A stretch of 64,000 nt of DNA from Octopus vulgaris (taxonomy: Eukaryota), in assembly GCA_951406725.2 (NCBI GenBank), contig OX597822.1, positions 95,542,001 through 95,606,000 of the forward strand, read 5' to 3'. A program made the position numbers and the translations under genes. Below are positions 55,381 through 64,000 of this stretch, piece by piece. The notes under the pieces are model-generated. The model was not told the origin of the DNA. It ran no database searches and was given only the letters and a program-made list of their open reading frames with translations. Position 1 is the first letter of the stretch; the number at the start of each line of letters is the position of its first letter.

Positions 55381-55703
55381 AAATGTAAAATGGTAAGGAG
55401 CATGAAGGAGTGAGAGAGTGGAAATAACGAAGTAGGAGAATAATAGAGAAAGATAGAGGTAGACAAAGATATAGAGAGATTGGGCAGAAACGGAAAATGA
55501 ATAAATGAGATTTGAAATAGAGAGGAGTGGAAGATATATAAAAACATAATAAAGAGCGAGACACCAAAGTTGACAGAGAGATGTGAGAGATATAGAATGA
55601 CAGAGATAGAGACTTCGGTGGGATAAAGTGAGGATAAGTGAAACTGTAAGAAAAAAAGCGAGAAAGAATAGTTAAAAACGAAAGTGAAGGGAAGTTGATT
55701 CCC

Positions 55704-55759
<56 letters not shown>

Positions 55760-55760
55760 A
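54430..55760 (+). repeat. Purine-rich (GA) low-complexity tract
   Basis: Strong A/G bias with (GA)n and (GAAA)n runs. Confidence 0.85.
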
Positions 55761-55886
55761 CAAACATATATATACACGTGAAATTCCAATGAAAGAGCAT
55801 TGGTTCTAGGTTAGAAACCGGCTTTTTCTCTATTGGCACAAAAATCTAGAACTGAAACTGAACGACGACAAATATATATATATATA

Positions 55887-55936
<50 letters not shown>

Positions 55937-56017
55937 CAAACACGCACACACATACACATGTATGTGTTTATGTGCGTATGTGTCTTTTTATCAATCTATC
56001 TATCCTTTATATATATA

Positions 56018-56066
<49 letters not shown>

Positions 56067-56094
56067 ATATATATATATGTGTGTGTGTGTATGT

Positions 56095-56158
<64 letters not shown>

Positions 56159-56189
56159 ATATACACACACACACATATATATATATATA

Positions 56190-56402
56190 TGTGTAGCTTC
56201 TGTAATTTGTCTAATTGTTGCATCTGATCTATGATCGGATAATATTTTAATTTCTATGTTATTGATTGAGGGTTAGTAACTCTGGCCGAAATAAGATTAA
56301 GATTAATGTAAAAAATAAATAACACTGAAGCAAAATAACACCAAATATATAGTGCGTGTGTTTTTATTGGCTAAACTGTCAAAATGACCATTCCGAAATA
56401 TA

Positions 56403-56483
<81 letters not shown>

Positions 56484-56691
56484 TTCGGAATGGTCATTTT
56501 GACAGTTTAGCCAATAAAAACACACGCACTATATATTTGGTGTTATTTTGCTTCAGTGTTATTTATTTTTTACATTAATCTTAATCTTATTTCGGCCAGA
56601 GTTACTAACCCTCAATTAATAACATAGAAATTAAAATATTATCCGATCATAGATCAGATGCAACAATTAGACAAATTACAGAAGCTACACA
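56190..56691. repeat. ~500-bp near-perfect palindrome centred on (TA)n
   Basis: Arms 56190-56404 and 56477-56691; I saw one mismatch. Confidence 0.92.
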
Positions 56692-57386
56692 CATAATAGA
56701 AAATAAACCTAACCTGAATAGTAAACAAGAATGGAGCACTAACACACACCACAACATATGACGATAGAGGATCCTGAAAACATAATAAATACACAGATAA
56801 AAATAAACTAATAGAAATAAATAACTATATATATATATATGTATACATATATATATTTCGATTCGATTTATTATTATTATTACTAGTATACATACATACA
56901 TACATACATACATACATACATACATACATACATACATACATACGTACAAGCATATGTAATGATAATGATAAGTGGATGTAAACACATGAACAAAATAAGA
57001 ATAAACAAAAACAACAAAAAAAAACAAAAAAAAAACAAAATACAAATTACATGAACATATATAAAGAGAAGATACAAATACTACAGGCATCCCCCCCACA
57101 TACACACACTAAATAAACATAGACGCACATAGAGATATAAGCATGCGCAAATGAAGACATACAATAGAAATACAAAATGGCTGACGGTTAGTAAGGAGAA
57201 ACACAAATAAGAAAGAAGAAAACAAAGGACCACTGATGCGGTCACAGGAGTGTGATGAAAGAACTCTGGCCGAAATAAGATTAAGATTAATGTAAAAAAT
57301 AAATAACACTGAAGCAAAATAACACCAAATATATAGTGCGTGTGTTTTTATTGGCTAAACTGGCAAAATGACCATTCCGAAATATA

Positions 57387-57388
<2 letters not shown>
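56477..57388 (+). mobile_element. PLE-like insertion in (TA)n: inverted partial repeat, body, full terminal repeat
   Basis: 56477-56602 is the reverse complement of 57262-57388; hammerhead-like motif at 57230-57269. Confidence 0.75.
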
Positions 57389-57468
<80 letters not shown>

Positions 57469-57799
57469 AACAAATAACAACGGATGGATAGTGGCTCGCT
57501 CACTACAGCAGTTTCAGATGTGCTTTTTATTAATGAATAGAGTTATAACAGGTGACAAAAATCGTTTTCATCAGGTGATTATATGCACGAATTAAACATT
57601 TTATAAAAAAGACATTCCACGATGATTCCCTGGCAAACTTCGCCCAGAGTTCATAAAATGGCATATAATTGAATTCGTTGGATTGTCTTCTTTTTTTTTT
57701 TTTAAAGTTTTAATCCGTGCTTATATTCACCTGGAGAAAACTTTTTTTTTTACCTGATGTAATAGCCCTATTCATCAATAAAATCACGTCGGGACCAGC

Positions 57800-58075
57800 T
57801 GTAGTGAGAGAACCACTATCTATCTGTTGTTATTTTCGGAACTTGTAATTAGCGTGGAGCTGTAGTGAAGTACAATTGGTGCAGTGTTTGTGCCGAGGTA
57901 CACCCTTGTGACTCGTGGTATATTCAGTCGGACGCTTGTGACCGTACATGCAACTGGAATATTGATCCGTATGTATTCCTCTAATGTTGCTTTGTATATG
58001 ATAGCTATTTCCTTGACCCGGCCATGGTGCTTTACCATTTAAGGACCTGATTCGCTTGAATCCTGAGCTTTTACA
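57800..58075 (-). mobile_element. Possible degraded PLE GIY-YIG endonuclease fragment
   Basis: Frameshifted SLNGK...IIYKATL resembles CPLNGKC...IIYKA of PLE endonucleases. Confidence 0.45.
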
Positions 58076-58088
58076 TAGAATGGGTAAA

Positions 58089-58429
58089 GACCCCCTTCGG
58101 TCATGAATGACCATGGGATTGCACTTAGAAAGATACCCTCATAGGTACAAGTCCGGGCAAGGTTGTTTTTATGGAAGACTAGCAGTCGCCAGAGTATACC
58201 AATCCCCCCTCTCCACGCCACCGATGCTACCCAAGGGAAAAGTAAAGGCCGATACAGCTTGGCACCAGTGACATTGCAACTCTATTCTACAGCTGAATGA
58301 ATTGGAGCAACGTGAAATAAAATGTCTTGCTCAACACAACACAACACAACACACAGCCCGGTTCAGGAATCGAAACCACTATGTCGTGATTGTGAGCACG
58401 ATGTTCTAACCAATAAGCCATGCGCCTTC
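58089..58429 (-). mobile_element. SINE family D
   Basis: Homologous to 35108-35436. Confidence 0.82.
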
Positions 58430-59992
58430 ATATATATATTTTAAAATCTAGGGAAAAGGCATTGCTCATAGCGCATTACAGACCCTCTGGGACTGGTGGG
58501 GGGTGGGAGAAGGAATGCATCTTGAAACAGGACACCTAACCCGAATTCCTGCAACAAAGTGGGATCCATTAAAAGTAACCGAAGTACTAAGTGGAGGCGA
58601 CAAGTTAAGCCTCTCATCCCAATTGGGCAAGAATCGGAAAACATATTGTAAAGTATATTTGTCCAAGGTGTATTTTAAGTAGTGATCTAGCTATTATGTT
58701 GCTTTACCGTTATGCATACATACATACATACATACATACTTACATATATGGTGGCTGACCCCTCGTTATCGAGTATGGCCATTGCACGAAGCTTAATCAA
58801 TGTTGTTATCGTGCAATGCCTGTGCAAGAAGATTGTTTTTGAAAGTGAGGAAAGGCTGTGCACTGAGTCAATCCCACTCACTAAGCAACACCAGCCTTAA
58901 TCCGAAAAGAAGAACAAGTCAACATCATCGGTAACCACTGAGCCGCAGGTTTTATGTCGGAGTTATCCCAGTTACCTGAGTTACCATCTCCTAGAATGAT
59001 GCCCTAACAAAGGCTAGGAGTCCTTCACTCCCAATGGTTTAACCGCACGATCGGGTATTCAGTCCAATTATTTCTATGTCCCCGCGCATGGTACAGCTTT
59101 AAGACATTTATTGGATGGCCGTTGACTCTCAAGAGTTCCCCCGCCCTTTGACGGTTTTGCTTTTCATCCCTCAGGATGAAAAACATACATACATACATAT
59201 GTGTGTGTGTGTGTGTGTGTTGTTTTATAGTTTTACTGTTTTACCTGTTTTAGTCATGTGACTGCGGCTATGCTGGAGCACCGCCTTATATATACATATA
59301 TAACTGAGAACGAAGGGGAGAGTGGAGATTTATTCAAATCCAAAACTTTTATTTGAAAAATGTTTTCTACAGCATATATAACAACGACCAACACATGTTT
59401 CAATTACAGCAACAACGCATTGCTCCGTATACAATTATGCATCCTAGTCGCTGTAATTTCATGAAGGGTCCATGACTTACGACGTTTTCAAGGTGAACTG
59501 TTTCAAACACGCTTCTTGCGATGGTATTCAGTTGAAGGTTATAGCCTTGTTTTAAAGTCAAATTGAATTCTGGTCTTCTAATCACCCCTAATGGAATCAT
59601 AATAAAATGTTTATTCATATTACAATTAATTTAGCACCTTTGTTCACACTTTAATGTAAGGAGTACATTATTTATTCAGAGGTAATTCACTTATATATAT
59701 ATATATAACTTATAAACAAGGGCAACAGAAAATTATTTCTATGCCAATATGCTAATAACAGACTTTTAAATCGTCAATTTCCACATATTATTATACCCAC
59801 TACAGAAATACGTTGTGCTGAAATCGAGGAAAGCTAGCCAACAGAATTGTTTTTAAAAAGTTCGTTATTATTTCGGAATTAATCTCATAATAGATTTTTT
59901 CCTCTTCAGTAGAAAATATAATTTTAACCTTTAAAGGTACTTTAATATGCTGCCACTTTTTTGATGAAATTTTTTCTATAAAAAAACTTCAT

Positions 59993-60048
<56 letters not shown>

Positions 60049-60072
60049 CATACATACATACATATATAAATA

Positions 60073-60111
<39 letters not shown>

Positions 60112-60170
60112 AACATATATACATACATATATATACACACACACATATATATACATACATATATATATAT

Positions 60171-60222
<52 letters not shown>

Positions 60223-60465
60223 GTGTATGTATATATATGTATGTATGTATATATATATGTGTATGTATATATATATATATATATAATCGTCACACTCCTG
60301 TGACTGCATCAGTGTTCCTTTGTTTACTTCTTTCTTATTTGTGTCTCTCCTTACTAACCGTCAGCTATTTTGTATTTCTATTGTATGTCTTCATTTGCGC
60401 ATGCTTATATCTCTATGTGCGTCTATGTTTATTTAGCGTGTGTGTGGGGGGATGCCAGTAATATT

Positions 60466-60496
<31 letters not shown>

Positions 60497-60497
<1 letters not shown>

Positions 60498-60898
60498 GTG
60501 GCTGTGTGGAAAGTAGCTTCCTTACCAACCACATGGTTCCGGGTTCAGCCCCACTGTGTGGCAACTTGGGCAAGTGTCTTCTACTAAAGCATCGGGCCGT
60601 CCAAAGCCTTGAGAGTGAATTTGGTAGACGGAAACTGAAAGAAGCTCGTTCTATATATGTATATATGTATGTATGTGTGCATGTATATGATTGTGCGTCT
60701 GTGCTTGTCTCCCCGACATCGCTTAAAAACCGATGCTGGTGTATTTACGTCCCCGTAAACTAGCGGTTCTACAAAAGAGACCGATAGAATAAGTACTACT
60801 AGGCTTACAAAGAATAAGTCCTGTCGATTTGCTCGGCTGAAGGCGGTACTCCAGCATGGCCACAGTGAAATGACTGAAACAAGTAAATGGGTAAAAGA
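60497..60898 (+). mobile_element. SINE family A, diverged
   Basis: Family homology. Confidence 0.8.
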
Positions 60899-61166
60899 AC
60901 ATATTTTATACACACATACACACACATGCTTGTTATACCTGCTCCATGAATTTCAGGTGTTTTAACATCTGGTGCTTTGATGGGATGCTATAGAGTAATC
61001 TCCACCACGACAGACACGCCGCCATCCCGCAAACACATGAAGCATATACATTAAGTACAGTATGCGTGGTTGATAATGTTTATTACACTAGCGTTGCTTC
61101 TATTTTATATTTAAATATATCCATATATGTATGTGTGTATGTATACGTACACACACACACACACAC

Positions 61167-61227
<61 letters not shown>

Positions 61228-61229
<2 letters not shown>

Positions 61230-61468
61230 CGTAAAGTATATTAGCCATCTCAATATGGCCAACCACAAAGGGTGGGTGTTACTGTAGCTTTTAGCCCCAG
61301 GAAATCATCGTCTCCAGCTGGGTTTAAACACACTTTATGTGCTCTTTAAAAGCTGGAAGTGTGTCTAAAGCCAGCTGGAGACGATGATCTCCTGGGGCTA
61401 AAAGCTACAGTAACACCCCCCGCCCCTTTGTGGTTGGCCATATTGAGATGGCTAGTATACTTTACGTT
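61228..61468. mobile_element. Inverted pair of terminal-repeat 3' ends (PLE-like) beside (TA)n
   Basis: Arms ~61228-61335 and ~61357-61468; related to 63885-64000 and, more distantly, to 40478-40596. Confidence 0.6.
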
Positions 61469-61512
61469 GTCGGGCGGTTACTGTTTACATCTAGTTCAGA
61501 GATTTACTATTG

Positions 61513-61562
<50 letters not shown>

Positions 61563-61690
61563 CATGCATACATATACATGCATACATACATACATGCATA
61601 CATGCATACATACATACATACATACATACATACAGACATACATACATACATACATACATACATACATACATACATACATACATACATACA

Positions 61691-61720
<30 letters not shown>

Positions 61721-61721
<1 letters not shown>

Positions 61722-61972
61722 TAGGTTGGTGTATAATTATTGCGGCTTTTTGTCAATAAATTTTATTCAACAAAAACAATAACAACATGTGACAAAAACA
61801 TATTTAAATGATTATTTCGACCGGCTGCCAAGCAAATGTGAAGCCGTAATTGAATTAGATGCTGAATATGCTCGGGAATAATCATTTAAAGATGTTTTTG
61901 TTAAATGTTGTTATCGTTTTCGTTGAATGAAATTTATGGAAAAAGAGCCGCAATAATTACGCACCAACCTAA
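61721..61972. mobile_element. Mariner-derived MITE with Hsmar1/MADE1-like TIRs
   Basis: ta|ttaggttggtgtataattattgcggc ... gccgcaataattacgcaccaacctaa|ta, with ~70-bp imperfect arms. Confidence 0.85.
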
Positions 61973-61996
61973 TACATACATACATACATACATACA

Positions 61997-62032
<36 letters not shown>

Positions 62033-63091
62033 CACATACAAACATACATTCATACATATATACATACATACATACATACATACATTCATACATACATACA
62101 TACATACATACATACATTCATGCATACAAACATACATTCATACATATATACATACATATAAACATACATTCATACAAACATACATTCATACATACATTCA
62201 TACATACATATAACCATTTGTCCATCTGGATTCTTGACTTACAAACGTAAACATATGAAAACCACAGTAATAAAGAAGTCCAATAAGAAAAGATCGTTTA
62301 AGTGGAAAACACTGTTACATTTCAATAATTTCATGCAGGGCTGACGTGAAAGTATATGCTCAATCGGCTTACAAAATTCGATCTTACAATTCGAACATAT
62401 TCAAAATAAAAAGAGAAATGCATAAATTTCACATAGTTCATTCTTTAATTGTGTTCATAATTAAATTGTGATCAACAGCTGTTTCATGAGGTAAAGATGA
62501 CTAATTCCATAATTACGTAATTGCCATATAGAATTAGTTAATTAAAGTTAATTCATTTAAAACTGAATAAATTTTATAAGCTATAATTAACCATTTCATC
62601 GCGAATATTATGTATTGTATTTAATCAGAAAACGGTTATTGCTTTAAATACAGCAAGGCGAAGGAAACACAGAGAAAAGTAAAAAAAATAATAAAAAGGC
62701 TAAATACATACAAATGCAATTACAGACACACATACACACATGTCTGTCTGTCTGTCTTTATGTATATATGTATACATACTAATTACCCACACTTCTACAC
62801 ATATAAGCAAAATGTAAGCAATCCTTATATAGATAGATATATAAATGCACAAATAAATAGCTATATATACAGTCATCCATCCATACATACACATTCCAGC
62901 ACGCATAAGTAAACTTACACACGTGGACCTAACAGAGAAACACTCAGCTGAGACGCGTCCGCGCCCGCGCCCGCGCACACACACACACACACACATGTAC
63001 ATATACTCATACACACATCTACGCAAATATATGTATATATATGCACATATATACAACCACACGCATATACGCACACAGACATATTCATACA

Positions 63092-63138
<47 letters not shown>

Positions 63139-63337
63139 TCTTTACTCTCTTTTTATTTGTTTCAGTTATTTGACTGCAGCCATGCTGGAGCACCGCCTTT
63201 AGTCGAGCAAATCGACATCAGGATTTATTCTTTGTAGGCCTCGTACTTATTCTATCGGTCTGTTTTGCCGAACGGCTAAGTTACGGGACGTAGACACACC
63301 AGCATCGGTTGTCAAGCGATGTTGGGGGACAAACACA

Positions 63338-63385
<48 letters not shown>

Positions 63386-63535
63386 CATACATATATATGA
63401 CGGGCTTCTTTCAGTTTTCGTCTACCAAATCCACTCAAAAGGCTTTGGTCGGCCCGAGGCTATAATAGAAAACACTTGCCAAGTTGCCACGTAGTGGGGC
63501 TGAACTCGGAATGATGTGGTTGGTAAGCAAGCTAC
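63139..63535 (-). mobile_element. SINE family A
   Basis: Family homology. Confidence 0.82.
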
Positions 63536-63691
63536 ACACACATACACACACTCATACACTCACGCACACAAACATAAGTTTACATATGCATATAGCTATT
63601 AATATAGTCTTACATACACGTAAAAATTATGTATTCAGAGACCTACACAATCAAACACAAACAGCCCTAGGCAAGTATATATATATATATG

Positions 63692-63753
<62 letters not shown>

Positions 63754-63828
63754 TATTTGAGGGAATAAAATCCAAAACTTACAAAAAAAAAAAAATCAAT
63801 TTAGAAGTACTAAATCAAATTTCACACA

Positions 63829-63888
<60 letters not shown>

Positions 63889-64000
63889 GTGGATGCTACT
63901 GTAGTTTGTAGCCCCAGGAAGACACCTCCTCCAGCTGGCTATAGACACACTTTCTGTGCACTATCAGTATTTGCAAAGGGAAGCCATCCTTCCCGTCTTC

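Overview
Repeat-saturated, AT-rich eukaryotic DNA with no intact protein-coding gene that I can support. Nearly all ORF-track entries are translations of (TA)n, (CA)n, (TACA)n or (AAT)n microsatellites. The tRNA-derived SINE families and the microsatellite load resemble an octopus (coleoid cephalopod) genome; this is an inference. The window holds decayed mariner transposons, RLE-type (R4/Dong-like) and RTE LINE remnants, at least four SINE families, two non-autonomous Helitrons, MITEs, a 34-bp minisatellite and a ~1.95-kb tandem duplication. The main hidden signal is a dense, diverse set of minimal type-I hammerhead ribozyme motifs in Penelope-like (PLE) terminal repeats, usually arranged as inverted pairs beside microsatellites. 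Six motifs are canonical or near-canonical. Several more share an unusual 8-nt core (CUGAUGAA, CCGACGAA, CUGUAGAA, CUGAUGCG) with covarying stems. One PLE terminal repeat has a tRNA-like Pol III promoter directly upstream of its hammerhead. Coordinates were read by eye, so boundaries of degraded elements are approximate.
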